Notes under the pieces: generated by a model | Told to the model about the DNA's origin: nothing | Seen by the model: the letters and a program-made list of their open reading frames with translations, nothing else | The model's database searches: none | Assembly: GCA_963662285.2 (NCBI GenBank) | Contig: CAXXMV010000001.1 | Span: 960,001-1,024,000 of the forward strand | Direction of reading: 5' to 3' | Length of the DNA stretch: 64,000 nucleotides | From: a bacterium | GTDB lineage: Bacteria; Hinthialibacterota; Hinthialibacteria; Hinthialibacterales; Hinthialibacteraceae | Shown here: piece after piece, positions 1 through 10,479 of the stretch | How the letters are laid out: each line of letters starts with the position of its first letter | How positions within the stretch are numbered: the first letter of the stretch is position 1 | Position numbers and translations under genes: made by a program

Positions 1-747
1 CAATTCTAAAAGAGGAACTATGACAAATGCCGCCAACCCTAAAGCCAAAGCCTGCCCCGCCAGAGTCCATAATGGATACGGAATAAGGTCTTTAATTCGT
101 CCACTGCTCCGCATATCTCCCAAGCCCCACCACACCGCCCGGAACATGAGTAGATAATACACATAAAGAGGGATTTGAGTGTGCCCGGCATAAAATAGCC
201 CGGATAGGACAATGGCGAACAAGGCCAAACTCTTTAACCGGAGCCGGTCACGCCAACAAGTCTGAATATACAACGCAAAGGGTAAAAGAGCATAAGCCCT
301 GGCGTGTATCAAATGTCCATCATGTCCATGAGTAATGAAAAAACCAGACCAACCATAAGCCAACGCCCCCAATACAGCGCCGCCTTTATCACCCCACAAT
401 TTATATAGAAACAGGTACATTCCCAAAAGAGACAACGCATGATGAAACGCTAGAGATAATGAAAAAGTACTCTCAACCGACAAAAACAGGTTCAATAAAT
501 TCCAGGGATAAAAAAGTGAGGTCTGAATATTGGCGGCGAACGGCGTTCCGCAAAATACCCAAGGATTCCATATCGGAAAACGTCCCTGCCAAATCTCATG
601 CAACGCAAATTCGCGCCAGGGAACGAATTGATTAATCATATCTCCACCGCAAATTATCTCACCGGCGAAAATAATTCGCCAATAATAAACCAGTAGCGGA
701 ATAATTAAAAAAATCAAGTAAGGAATGTGTGATCCAATGCGTTTCAT
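1..747 (-). CDS. YfhO-like GT-C membrane glycosyltransferase, 5' part only (runs off the window edge)
   Basis: Not in the ORF track. Hand translation from ATG at 747: MKRIGSHIPYLIFLIIPLLVYYWRIIFAGEIICGGDMINQFVPWREF...GRFPIWNPWVFCGTPFAANIQTSLFYP, the P-x-W-N-P-x3-G-x-P signature of YfhO-type proteins, followed by several TM helices; open to position 1. Confidence 0.75.
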   Translation of the reverse strand, partial: MKRIGSHIPYLIFLIIPLLVYYWRIIFAGEIICGGDMINQFVPWREFALHEIWQGRFPIWNPWVFCGTPFAANIQTSLFYPWNLLNLFLSVESTFSLSLAFHHALSLLGMYLFLYKLWGDKGGAVLGALAYGWSGFFITHGHDGHLIHARAYALLPFALYIQTCWRDRLRLKSLALFAIVLSGLFYAGHTQIPLYVYYLLMFRAVWWGLGDMRSSGRIKDLIPYPLWTLAGQALALGLAAFVIVPLLEL

Positions 748-1064
748 ATTAGTTTCAAGACCATCAAATCAGATATTTTAATTACACTCCAACAATGTCA
801 ATCCTTTAGCACCATACCACAGAGCATAATTCTGATCCATCCTCAAACCAAGCAATGGATAAACATCAAAAGATAATGGAAAATTATCTTATCTAAGAGT
901 TTACACTCTGTATTAGTAGATTTGTTGGCTATAATAATTGTAACGCGTTATTTAAATTATAAATAATTGGTTTGGCGGAAATTAACAATCTTATTGATTT
1001 TATTTCTTTAGATCATGAAATATCGAACGCCAGCCAATCAAGAAATGAAACGGAGGATATATCA

Positions 1065-1616
1065 GTGCAGATTTCTATTGTTGGAAGGCATATAGATATC
1101 ACCGATGCCATTCGGGATTACGTGGAAAAGAAACTGCAAAAACTGAAGAAATATTTCCCGTATTTGGTTGATGTTCGGGTGGTTTTTTATACTCAGAAGA
1201 TCAATCAGGTCGTGGAAATCACTATCCAAGCAAATCGCTTCACAATACATGGTGAAGAAAAATCGCAGGATTTATACGCTTCGGTTGATCTGGTAATTGA
1301 AAAATTAGACGCACAACTCAAAAAACATAAAGAGCGAATCCATCGAAAGCATCAAAAAAAGCAAAAACATGAAGAAGAACTTAACATGAGTATTTCGGTG
1401 TTTGAGCGGGATGATATTGAAGAGAATAATCCTGAACCGGAGATTATTCATACCAGGCGATTAGCCATCAAACCCATGTCAATCGATGAAGCCGCTATGC
1501 AAATGGATTTGATCAACCAGGAATTCCTGGTATTCAGAAATGCCATATCGAATGGCATTAATGTGCTTTACCGTCGGGATGATGGAAATTATGGTCTAAT
1601 AGAACCAGAGTATTAA
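1065..1616 (+). CDS. hpf: Ribosome hibernation promoting factor, long form
   Basis: GRHIDITDAIRDYVEKKL, DLYASVD and the C-terminal KPMSIDEAAMQM...NVLYRRDDGNYGLIEP domain. Start moved to GTG 1065, which follows the SD GGAGG at 1052-1056. Confidence 0.93.
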   Translation: MQISIVGRHIDITDAIRDYVEKKLQKLKKYFPYLVDVRVVFYTQKINQVVEITIQANRFTIHGEEKSQDLYASVDLVIEKLDAQLKKHKERIHRKHQKKQKHEEELNMSISVFERDDIEENNPEPEIIHTRRLAIKPMSIDEAAMQMDLINQEFLVFRNAISNGINVLYRRDDGNYGLIEPEY

Positions 1617-1707
1617 AACTTACAGTAAAAGCGCTGGAGATGATCGGTCTCTATAATCCGGTCAGTCGAACAGACTAAAAAACAACTAGAAAAACGGATT
1701 CAAAGAC

Positions 1708-2187
1708 ATGAACTTCTTAGATATGATATCTCCTCATTGCATTCGGGTTCCGCTTCAGTCAAAAAGCAAAAAAGACGTGATTGAGGAATTAGTGGAATTA
1801 CTTGTATCAGTAAAAAAACTACCGCATCGAGATGCTATTCATGAGGCGTTGATTGAACGGGAAGAAGTCGGAAGCACCGGTATTGGCCATGGAGTCGCGC
1901 TTCCCCACGCCAAATGCGCTGAAGTCAAAGAAATTTATGTTGCCTGCGGCATTGCGCCGGAGGGAATTGATTTCGATGCTTTAGATGGAGAACTGGTTTA
2001 TATTTTCTTCTTGATCCTAGCTCCACGTTCCGCCCCGGGACAACACCTCAAAGTAATGTCCATTTTGACTCGTTTTTTGGGCCGGGCATCTTCTAGAGAA
2101 GCTTTACTCAAAGCTTCCGATAGCGACGAAATTTATTCCGTATTATGCGATCTTAACGAATCACAATCGGCTGCAGGTGCAACATGA
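1708..2187 (+). CDS. ptsN: PTS IIA (Ntr/fructose-mannitol type) component
   Basis: EREEVGSTGIGHGVALPHAK phospho-His motif and GIDFDALDG; lies between hpf and hprK. Confidence 0.88.
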   Translation: MNFLDMISPHCIRVPLQSKSKKDVIEELVELLVSVKKLPHRDAIHEALIEREEVGSTGIGHGVALPHAKCAEVKEIYVACGIAPEGIDFDALDGELVYIFFLILAPRSAPGQHLKVMSILTRFLGRASSREALLKASDSDEIYSVLCDLNESQSAAGAT

Positions 2188-3146
2188 ACGAAGAACGCGT
2201 ATTCATGCCTAATCCAGTTCCAGTCAGCAGACTGCTGGAATGGAGCGACTTGGATTTAAGAGTTGTCGCAGGAGAGAGCGGCCTAACTCGAAAAATCGAA
2301 CGTCCCGAACTAAACCGTCCGGCTCTGGAAATGGCGGGATTTTTCGAAAAATGGCAGTGCGACCGAATTCAAATACTTGGAACTGGAGAGATTGCCTATC
2401 TCGAAGCGCATCGCAACGACAAAGCAGTTGCGCATAATATTGAGCATATATTCTCATCTCCCCCTCCCTGCGTGATTATCACAGGCAATCTTCCCATATT
2501 TGATGAAATAATTTCACTCGCCAATCAATATGGCGTTTCAATATTCGTATCATCACACCACACAACAATCTTCACCAAACGACTCTGGGATCACCTCGAA
2601 AAGGAACTGAGTCCTTACGTGGTGAAGCGGGGCGTACTGATGGATGTCTTCAACCTGGGAGTCCTCATTACCGGCCCCAGTTCCATCGGAAAGAGCGAAA
2701 GCGCCCTTGAACTGATGAACAAAGGACATACCTTCGTCGCCGATGACCTGATTTTAATTAAAGGCGGGGGATTATCCAAACTCACTGGAACGGGGCGCTC
2801 CCCAGTACCTTACCATATGGAGATACGCGGTATCGGAATTATTGATGTAAACCGAATGTATGGCCCCAGAGTAGTTCGAATGGAAAAACAACTCGATCTG
2901 GTTGTCGAACTGGAAGACTGGGATATCCTCAAAGAATATGAACGATTAGGCATTGAAAGTAAGACCACCAAAATACTAGGTATTGATTTGCCCTACTACA
3001 AAATACCTGTTAAGCCGGGAAGAAATGTAAGCACAATCGTGGAAGTCGCCGTATTGGATCACAAATTAAAAGAATCTGGCGTTCGCATGGCAAAAGAATT
3101 CGATGAGAATCTTATCAAGGCTATGCAGAAACATGAAGGACGTTAA
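2184..3146 (+). CDS. hprK: HPr kinase/phosphorylase
   Basis: Walker A GPSSIGKSE, VADD, MEIRGIGII, PVKPGRN; includes the N-terminal NRPALE...RIQILG domain. Confidence 0.95.
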   Translation: MNEERVFMPNPVPVSRLLEWSDLDLRVVAGESGLTRKIERPELNRPALEMAGFFEKWQCDRIQILGTGEIAYLEAHRNDKAVAHNIEHIFSSPPPCVIITGNLPIFDEIISLANQYGVSIFVSSHHTTIFTKRLWDHLEKELSPYVVKRGVLMDVFNLGVLITGPSSIGKSESALELMNKGHTFVADDLILIKGGGLSKLTGTGRSPVPYHMEIRGIGIIDVNRMYGPRVVRMEKQLDLVVELEDWDILKEYERLGIESKTTKILGIDLPYYKIPVKPGRNVSTIVEVAVLDHKLKESGVRMAKEFDENLIKAMQKHEGR

Positions 3147-3151
3147 ATTAA

Positions 3152-3433
3152 ATGTCCAATAGCAACTCAATTACAAAGACATTTACCATAATAAACGAAC
3201 TGGGTCTTCATGCCCGGCCAGCGATGCTATTAGTGCAAGCTATTTCAAGACTGGAATGTTCCGTTAATATCGAAAAAGATGGTTTTGAAGCTGACGCCAA
3301 AAGCATCATGGGCGTTCTAACTCTTGCGGCGGAACAGAACAGTCATATTATTGTGCGGGCCGAAGGGCCTGATGCGGAGAAAGCCATCAATGCCATCGAG
3401 AAACTCGTCGAGGAGAAGTTTGGGGAAGATTAA
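3152..3433 (+). CDS. ptsH: Phosphocarrier protein HPr
   Basis: GLHARPA (His15) and DAKSIMG (Ser46). Confidence 0.95.
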   Translation: MSNSNSITKTFTIINELGLHARPAMLLVQAISRLECSVNIEKDGFEADAKSIMGVLTLAAEQNSHIIVRAEGPDAEKAINAIEKLVEEKFGED

Positions 3434-5213
3434 ACTCCGGGGGTCTGGCGTTTCATCCGGCGTGTCCATCGGTCACGTTCAGCTTTTTCACGTCTCCAAT
3501 CTTGAGGTCGGTGAATCTGTAGTCCTCAAAAATCACATAGAATCAGAAATCCAACGCTTCCAGGATGCTGTTTCCAAAACGTGCAAGCAAATTGAAGAGT
3601 TAGGAAAACGCGTCACCGAAAGAGGTGAAGATAAAGCACTGATCGAAGTGCTAACCCTTCACCTTCTTCTTCTCGAAGACAAGATGATCTATGATCGCAC
3701 CATAGAATTGGTGCGTGATAAACGATATGGATCGGAATACGCGCTTTCCTGCGTATTCCGCGAAGCCGAAGAACGATATTCAGACCTACCCGATTTATTC
3801 CGCGAACGCATTAAAGATGTAGAAGATATCTGCCGGCGCATTATGAACAATCTATGCGGCGTAGATGCTCAATCCCTGGAAGACGTCGAAGAAGAAGTAG
3901 TCATCGTTGCCCGCGACCTCTCTCCTTCCGACGCAGCCTCCATGCGAAGCGATAATATTCTGGGCTTCGTCACTGAGGCTGGCGGTAAAACATCTCATAC
4001 TGCCATTATCGCGCGCGCCCTGGAAATTCCCGCTGTGGTGGGCGTATCCGGCATCACCAAATTCACCAGAGACCATGACGTCATCATCATTGATGGCGAA
4101 TCCGGCTCTATCATCATTAACCCTACATCTAAAGAGATCAATGAATACCGCGATAAACAGCATCGACTGGATGTTCGTCAATCCCGTTTGATTGAATTGA
4201 GCGATTTTGAACCATATACTCTTGATGGCTTCAAAATCGAATTAGCGGCTAATATAGAATTCGCTTCCGAGGTAGAATCCATCGCCAAATACCGGGCTAA
4301 TGGCGTGGGCTTATATCGTACAGAATATCTCTTCCTGGATAGAATCGTAGTACCTTCAGAAAAAGAACAATATAAACACTATTTCGAAGTAGCGGAAAAG
4401 ATATTCCCCAATCCAGTCATTATCCGCACGCTGGACATCGGGGGGGATAAATTCGCTCACGCGCTAGACACGCCCCACGAAATGAATCCCTTTCTCGGAT
4501 GTCGCGCCATTCGTTTCTCATTAACCAATAAATCAATTTTCCGCACCCAATTACGCGCAATTCTCAGAGCCAGTACCTATCATAATCTTCTTATCATGTA
4601 CCCTCTTATTTCAGGACATGGGGAATTGATGGAAGCGAACGAACATTTGGAAGCAGTAAAAGACGAACTACGATCTAAAAACGTTAGTTTCGACGAAAAT
4701 ATCAAAGTTGGAGCAATGATTGAAGTACCCTCAGCGGTTATGGTCGCTCAAGATTTGGCCAAACACGTCGATTTCTTCAGCATTGGAACCAACGACTTGA
4801 TTCAATACACTCTGGCCGTTGACCGGGGCAACCAAAACATCGCTTACCTTTATCAACCGTTTCACCCGGCAGTATTACGCATGATCTCGAATGTCGTAGA
4901 TGTAGGTAGAGAATACAACATTCCCGTCAGCATCTGCGGAGAGATGGCCAGCGATCCGGTATGCGTATTAGTTTTATTGGCTCTAGGAATTGAACGCCTC
5001 TCCATGGCGCCAAACGCCATCCCCTCTATAAAGCAACTGGTTCGCGCCGTATCGATTGTTCGATTACGTGAATTCGGCAGTAAACTGTTGGGAATGGTAA
5101 GCGCTGAAGAGATCAAAATGCGCGTCATTGAAGCGCTTCCCAAACTACTGGCAGAGGGTGGTGAGGAAGTACTGGAGAACCTTAATGAATCCTCCATACT
5201 TGCATCCTCATAA
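3420..5213 (+). CDS. ptsI: PTS enzyme I
   Basis: GGKTSHTAII (phospho-His), GVGLYRTE, RTLDIGGDK, NPFLGCRAIR, DFFSIGTNDL, ICGEMA. Likely start is TTG 3420 after SD GAGGAG; the ORF-track start at 3324 overlaps ptsH. Confidence 0.95.
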   Translation: MGKIKLRGSGVSSGVSIGHVQLFHVSNLEVGESVVLKNHIESEIQRFQDAVSKTCKQIEELGKRVTERGEDKALIEVLTLHLLLLEDKMIYDRTIELVRDKRYGSEYALSCVFREAEERYSDLPDLFRERIKDVEDICRRIMNNLCGVDAQSLEDVEEEVVIVARDLSPSDAASMRSDNILGFVTEAGGKTSHTAIIARALEIPAVVGVSGITKFTRDHDVIIIDGESGSIIINPTSKEINEYRDKQHRLDVRQSRLIELSDFEPYTLDGFKIELAANIEFASEVESIAKYRANGVGLYRTEYLFLDRIVVPSEKEQYKHYFEVAEKIFPNPVIIRTLDIGGDKFAHALDTPHEMNPFLGCRAIRFSLTNKSIFRTQLRAILRASTYHNLLIMYPLISGHGELMEANEHLEAVKDELRSKNVSFDENIKVGAMIEVPSAVMVAQDLAKHVDFFSIGTNDLIQYTLAVDRGNQNIAYLYQPFHPAVLRMISNVVDVGREYNIPVSICGEMASDPVCVLVLLALGIERLSMAPNAIPSIKQLVRAVSIVRLREFGSKLLGMVSAEEIKMRVIEALPKLLAEGGEEVLENLNESSILASS

Positions 5214-5490
5214 TCAGGGCGTTGTTCTTGCAGTCCGGGTTACGCCAAAGTCTTCTCAATCAAAAATCTCTGGAATTATCGGCGAAGAACTTAAAATAAT
5301 GCTCAACGCCCCGCCAGTTGATGGCAAAGCCAACCAGGAACTGATCAAACTATTATCAAAAACCTGTTCTATCCCCAAAAGCCATATAACCTTGTTGTCT
5401 GGAGAGACATCACGCTCCAAACGCCTGTTAATCAATGGCTTGGATGAACAAGACATTATTGATGCGCTTGGAGCTATTCTCAAAACATAA
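5185..5490 (+). CDS. DUF167/YggU family protein
   Basis: VRVTPKSS...APPVDGKANQELIKLL...SGETSRSK. ATG 5185 follows GGAG. Confidence 0.88.
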   Translation: MNPPYLHPHNQGVVLAVRVTPKSSQSKISGIIGEELKIMLNAPPVDGKANQELIKLLSKTCSIPKSHITLLSGETSRSKRLLINGLDEQDIIDALGAILKT

Positions 5491-5518
5491 CGTAAATTTA
5501 TGCGTGCATTCCAACAAT

Positions 5519-7651
5519 TCACCAGGAAATATTCACCTGGACTCCATCCGGATGATTGGGATATCTAATCAACAAGGTCTTGCTTTTCTGATCCCATTCA
5601 GGCTGAATCTTGATATCTTCACCATCCGCTCCACGCACGGTTACCTTCTCTGGCTTAGAAGCCAACAGCACGCGAGCAATCCCATTGGTCGCACTGGGCG
5701 CTTTCATCACAAAAGAATATCCATCGGTGCTACGCGTCTCTTCATAAACCCGTGATCCAGAGGCTAGGATGCAAGGCGATTTTTTGGTATTCCGGTTCAG
5801 GTTATATAGAAACGCCCTTTGATTAGGTTCAATTTGTTTTTGATCCAGAATTGGCAATTCGGGATCAAATAAATCAATCACCGGCCCGCTAATTATATAT
5901 GGCTGGTCTGATACGCTCTCATCCAAAACCGCAGCAATATCAAACGCGCCGCGTTGAAGATGGAAATAGTTTTTCTCCTGAATTTCAATTCCACCTTGTT
6001 GGACGCAATCCAATAGCGCCTTTGATCCACCTTGTTTCATTACAAATTCTTTTGGTTCTTGAGGAATCCAAACCGCTTTCCCTTTACCATATCCGAAAAA
6101 TTCTATGCGGGAATTGGTTGGATCATATTGCAAAGCGCTGAGAAGGTGCTGCGCGGGAGTTTTTTTGGTTTTACCGTTTTCATTCCACCATTCACGGATG
6201 GATTGAAATGGATCGGCGTCGCTGCCGGCCAAAATCAAACACCCGCCATCCTGCACCCATTGCGTTAAAACATCATGATATACTCGGTTCAATGGCTTCA
6301 TGTTGGCGTAACTCATTATCAATATCTTTACGCCATCAAGCATATCGGGTTGGGTCAGGTTCTCCATTTGAACAAGCTGCACCGGAACGCCTTTCTTAAG
6401 CAAAGGCAACACCATGCCATAAAAATTAGACAAGCGGGGGTCTTCATATCCTGCATGCGTTGGAAAACGCTGAAACATCATGGTATCTGAAAGCAGGACG
6501 CCAATCCCCTCAGTTCCGGGAAGTTTCTGGTCGCTCTCCTCCATCTCGTTGAGCGCATTGATCAAAACCAGTAATTGCGTGGCGTATTTTTCGGGAATTC
6601 CCTGCCGCTGATCAGAATCACCTTTCTTGTATTTCCCGGTGAATATACGGCTGGGCCAAGGCATCACTTCATAATTGGCGACAGATGGATGCAGCAATTG
6701 CGCGGTGAATGTCGCTTCATAATTATAACGGTAATCATCCCATGAGTAATTAGGATTATCTTCTATAGGATCAGTTAAAAAGAAAACCCGGCGTCCCGTC
6801 GGCTTGGTCATGGCCACCATTGAACCATATTCCAAATAGGCATTCTCGAAGGTGCGTTCTTTTTCGATTCCCTCATAAAAAACCGGCGTTCTTGAAGTTC
6901 CGGTCCACACTTGCGCGATATAGCCATCCATACCTGGAAGATCAGACAGACTCGATTCAGGACTGACAATCTGCCAGGCGGAGTAATTGATCAATGAATG
7001 AGTGGGGACGTAACATCTGATACGCCGCCCTTTTTCTTCGCTATACTCTTTGGCATAAAGAAAGATTTCTTTCAATGCGCGGAAATAGAGCTGGTATTTC
7101 AGTTTGGCTGAACGGTAGGTGGCTTCGGGAGACTCATGCTGCGCCTGCCATGGTTCGTTATAATAGGCTTGCCATTCACGCTTAAATCCTTCGCTGTACC
7201 CTCCGCGATTCCAGAATTCAGGTTCTTCCAGATGAATAGCCGTCACTCCTTCATCAATAGCAACTTTTACCAGACTCTTTAGATATTCGATATAACTTGT
7301 ACTCGGAACCATATAAGGAATGGTGGGATTATGCAAAATCATCTTGCCATTACGCTGCACCTGTCCTTCGTCCATGTGTTTCTGGCCATCAAACTGGCCA
7401 TTCAAATATTCCTGATAATTGCCCCAGGCCACTCCAGTCATGAGGTGAATGCCATATCCACGGTCACGCCAACTTTTAACGCGATTGGGGAATGACTTAT
7501 TAACTCCATAAACAATGGCCACATCAGACCGTAGATCGAGCTCGGGAATCCAACCACGACTAGTCTGGAAGCAGGTTTTTTCGGGATTCTGCCCGAACGA
7601 CAAAATAACAAATCCAAACATTGATATTAACGTAATAATAAAACGCTTCAT
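5519..7651 (-). CDS. Secreted putative glycoside hydrolase-like protein of an uncharacterised family
   Basis: Signal peptide MKRFIITLISMFGFVILSFG; Trp/Tyr-rich barrel-like region with HLEEPEFW; then a WVQDGGCLI...GKGKAVW segment resembling the GH42 trimerisation (class I GATase-like) domain. Confidence 0.5.
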   Translation of the reverse strand: MKRFIITLISMFGFVILSFGQNPEKTCFQTSRGWIPELDLRSDVAIVYGVNKSFPNRVKSWRDRGYGIHLMTGVAWGNYQEYLNGQFDGQKHMDEGQVQRNGKMILHNPTIPYMVPSTSYIEYLKSLVKVAIDEGVTAIHLEEPEFWNRGGYSEGFKREWQAYYNEPWQAQHESPEATYRSAKLKYQLYFRALKEIFLYAKEYSEEKGRRIRCYVPTHSLINYSAWQIVSPESSLSDLPGMDGYIAQVWTGTSRTPVFYEGIEKERTFENAYLEYGSMVAMTKPTGRRVFFLTDPIEDNPNYSWDDYRYNYEATFTAQLLHPSVANYEVMPWPSRIFTGKYKKGDSDQRQGIPEKYATQLLVLINALNEMEESDQKLPGTEGIGVLLSDTMMFQRFPTHAGYEDPRLSNFYGMVLPLLKKGVPVQLVQMENLTQPDMLDGVKILIMSYANMKPLNRVYHDVLTQWVQDGGCLILAGSDADPFQSIREWWNENGKTKKTPAQHLLSALQYDPTNSRIEFFGYGKGKAVWIPQEPKEFVMKQGGSKALLDCVQQGGIEIQEKNYFHLQRGAFDIAAVLDESVSDQPYIISGPVIDLFDPELPILDQKQIEPNQRAFLYNLNRNTKKSPCILASGSRVYEETRSTDGYSFVMKAPSATNGIARVLLASKPEKVTVRGADGEDIKIQPEWDQKSKTLLIRYPNHPDGVQVNISW

Positions 7652-7952
7652 TTCATTCTCCATAATCATTAATAAATTATTAAGGTTCAAAAACATACGT
7701 AGAAGAAACTACAGTATATGGCTGCGCGAAATAGACGCCTAGAGATATCCGCAATCAATATTCATGCGATATAGTTCACGGCGCAATTTAATACAATAAT
7801 TTGTTTATTTAAAAATCACACAAGGATGCCCGCAAACTGCATATAGGTTTTTATAAATGAAAAATCAATGTAATGCATTGCGGTTAGACGCTTGATGTTT
7901 TATAGTGGAATTTGATTATGTATCACTCATTTATTCCATGGAGGAAAAATTT

Positions 7953-8636
7953 ATGAATTTACGTTATTTAAGAATTGCGATACTGATCATCGGAGTTGTC
8001 GGTTTAACCACTTTTGTCATGACTGACATTTCATCCGCATCGGAAAAAGAAGGGATTCAGAACTTAAAATCCCCCGAAGATATCCAGAAATTCAGAGAGA
8101 ATTATATCAAAGATTTCCATCGCACCGGACTCAACACAACTCCCGGCGATGCACGCTTCCTGCGCATTACGGTTGCCAGCGCAAAGTGCAAACGCGGCAT
8201 CGAAGTGGGAACCGCTACCGGCTATGGCGCCATACTAATGGGTATGGCCTTCGAACGTAACGGCGGCGAACTGATCACCATTGATATCGACCATAAAATG
8301 GTGGTTGCAGCAGAACAGCACATCAAAAATATGGGGCTTGAGAAAACTGTCAAAGTAATCGAAAACGACGCCTTAAAAGCAATACCCGAACTTAAAGGCA
8401 AATTCGATTTCATGTTCATCGATGCCCTGAAACAGGATTATTTCAAATATTTCAAAGCCGCCCTACCGCTGCTGACTCCAGAAGCGATCATCATCGCGGA
8501 CAATGTAATAGTATCTGAAAAACAGATGAAGGATTTCCTCGATTTCATGGAAAGCAATCCTGACTACGATATGCAGATCATCCGTTGTTCATTAGAAAAA
8601 GGCGACGGCATGGCAGTGATATATAAGATGAAATAA
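7953..8636 (+). CDS. Class I SAM-dependent O-methyltransferase (YrrM/COMT-like) with N-terminal signal or anchor
   Basis: IEVGTATGYG motif I, FDFMFIDALK, IIADNV. ATG 7953 follows GGAGG; hydrophobic N-terminus. Confidence 0.85.
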   Translation: MNLRYLRIAILIIGVVGLTTFVMTDISSASEKEGIQNLKSPEDIQKFRENYIKDFHRTGLNTTPGDARFLRITVASAKCKRGIEVGTATGYGAILMGMAFERNGGELITIDIDHKMVVAAEQHIKNMGLEKTVKVIENDALKAIPELKGKFDFMFIDALKQDYFKYFKAALPLLTPEAIIIADNVIVSEKQMKDFLDFMESNPDYDMQIIRCSLEKGDGMAVIYKMK

Positions 8637-8657
8637 AGTATGTTTTCACAGAGAATT

Positions 8658-8694
8658 AAAAGGGGCGCATGATAAATCAAGCGCCCCTTTTTTT
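8658..8694. terminator. Bidirectional intrinsic terminator
   Basis: AAAAGGGGCGC...GCGCCCCTTTTTTT between convergent O-methyltransferase and argG. Confidence 0.85.
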
Positions 8695-8718
8695 GTTCAA
8701 TATTATAAGATCAAGAAT

Positions 8719-9918
8719 TTATTTCCTGATCATGCTCTCTATTTTGGTTGGCAGACCAAACAGGCGAATAAAGCCTTCAGCATCCGCTTGATCATATACT
8801 TTGTCTTCGCTGAAGGTGGCGTATTCTTGGCTGTAAAGCGAGTGGGGAGATTTACGCCCAGCCGAAACGCAATTGCCTTTATATAATTTAAAACGAACCG
8901 TCCCAGTGACGTATTGTTCGGTTTGTGCAAAGAACGCATCCAACGAATGACGCAAGGTAGTAAACCATTGACCGTTATAAACCAGTTCGGCGTAACGTTC
9001 AGCGAGCAGATTACGATAATGCAGCGTGTCGCGGTCACAGGTCAGCGTCAGTAGATCGCGGTGAGCATTGATCAACAGCGTGCCGCCCGGAGTCTCATAG
9101 ACGCCGCGTGATTTCATTCCCACCAAACGGTTCTCAACCAGATCAACCCGGCCCACGCCATGCTTACCGCCAATGGCATTGAGCGTCGCCATTATCTCGA
9201 TAGCGCCCATCTCTTTGCCGTTAACCGAAACAGGAAGGCCTTTTTCAAAACCTAGTTCAACATATTCAGGTTCATCCGGCGCATCTTCCGGATTGGTCGA
9301 AAGAATAAACATATCGGCGGGAGGTTCGTTCCACGGATCTTCCAGAACGCCGCCCTCAAAAGATAGATGCCAGAAATTCCGGTCCATTGAATACGGTTTC
9401 GCGGCAGTGACCGGAACCGGGATATTATGCTTTTCGGCATACTCAACCGCATCCTCGCGCGAACGGATATCCCACTCACGCCACGGAGCAATAACTTTCA
9501 AGTCTGGCGCCAGCGACTGGTAAGCCAACTCGAAGCGCACCTGATCGTTGCCTTTACCGGTAGCGCCATGAGAAACCGCATCCGCCCCTACTTTGCGGGC
9601 TACTTCTACCTGCGCTTTGGCAATCAATGGACGCGCGATTGAGGTTCCAAGTAAGTACTGACGCTCATAAATGGCGCCGGATTTCAACATTGGATAACAG
9701 AAATCACGCAGGAACTCTTCGCGCAAATCTTCAATGTATATTTCTGATGCGCCGGACTTCAGCGCTTTCTCGCGTACCGGTTCCAACTCTTCACCTTGAC
9801 CGATATCTGCTGCGAAGGCAATAACTTCGCAATCATAATTTTCAATCAACCACGGGATAATGACGGAGGTGTCTAATCCACCTGAATAGGCCAGGACTAC
9901 TTTTTTAGCTTTACTCAT
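8719..9918 (-). CDS. argG: Argininosuccinate synthase
   Basis: [43 protein letters not shown]. Confidence 0.98.
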   Translation of the reverse strand: MSKAKKVVLAYSGGLDTSVIIPWLIENYDCEVIAFAADIGQGEELEPVREKALKSGASEIYIEDLREEFLRDFCYPMLKSGAIYERQYLLGTSIARPLIAKAQVEVARKVGADAVSHGATGKGNDQVRFELAYQSLAPDLKVIAPWREWDIRSREDAVEYAEKHNIPVPVTAAKPYSMDRNFWHLSFEGGVLEDPWNEPPADMFILSTNPEDAPDEPEYVELGFEKGLPVSVNGKEMGAIEIMATLNAIGGKHGVGRVDLVENRLVGMKSRGVYETPGGTLLINAHRDLLTLTCDRDTLHYRNLLAERYAELVYNGQWFTTLRHSLDAFFAQTEQYVTGTVRFKLYKGNCVSAGRKSPHSLYSQEYATFSEDKVYDQADAEGFIRLFGLPTKIESMIRK

Positions 9919-10291
9919 CGCACTTCTCCAGATTTATAGTATTTCTTACTTTATACCGGTACGCATCCACAATCGAATAAATGTAAACAACGATACTGGC
10001 TATAAACAAAACGACTAAATGAATCCATTCATCATTCAGCAATTGCAGCGATTGAGTGGCGTTGTCCAAATTTCCTGACGCAATATTTAGATAATATCTA
10101 AGCATAGCATTAGTAATTGGAACCAACACCGCAGAGGTAGCAGATAGAAAGAGCAGAATAATAACGATTGCCTTAACCCACTGCCGATTCAATAACTGTC
10201 CGGCGCCGGGAAGAACCAGAGCGGAAAGCAGCGCCGCTTTCATGGCGTCTCCACGTTGAGATTTCCCGGAAGCCTGCGTTTTATTTTCCAA
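9911..10291 (-). CDS. Small membrane protein (3 TM), hypothetical
   Basis: [15 protein letters not shown] and YIYSIVDAY motifs typical of TM2/DUF5683/DUF6677-like proteins; overlaps the argG start. Confidence 0.65.
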   Translation of the reverse strand: MENKTQASGKSQRGDAMKAALLSALVLPGAGQLLNRQWVKAIVIILLFLSATSAVLVPITNAMLRYYLNIASGNLDNATQSLQLLNDEWIHLVVLFIASIVVYIYSIVDAYRYKVRNTINLEKCDE

Positions 10292-10479
10292 AACGTATTC
10301 CTTAATTAATTTTTAAAATTATCAATTCAAAGCCGCCAACATCTCCGGGCGTATTCACTCCGACTTGATGAATGGCTCGATAATCAAATGCTTCATCGAT
10401 ATATTGTATGATAATAACAATCTTAAGCATGAGTAAGTTCTACAGATATTATTGCCTCAGAGGATTAATACCATTCGCT

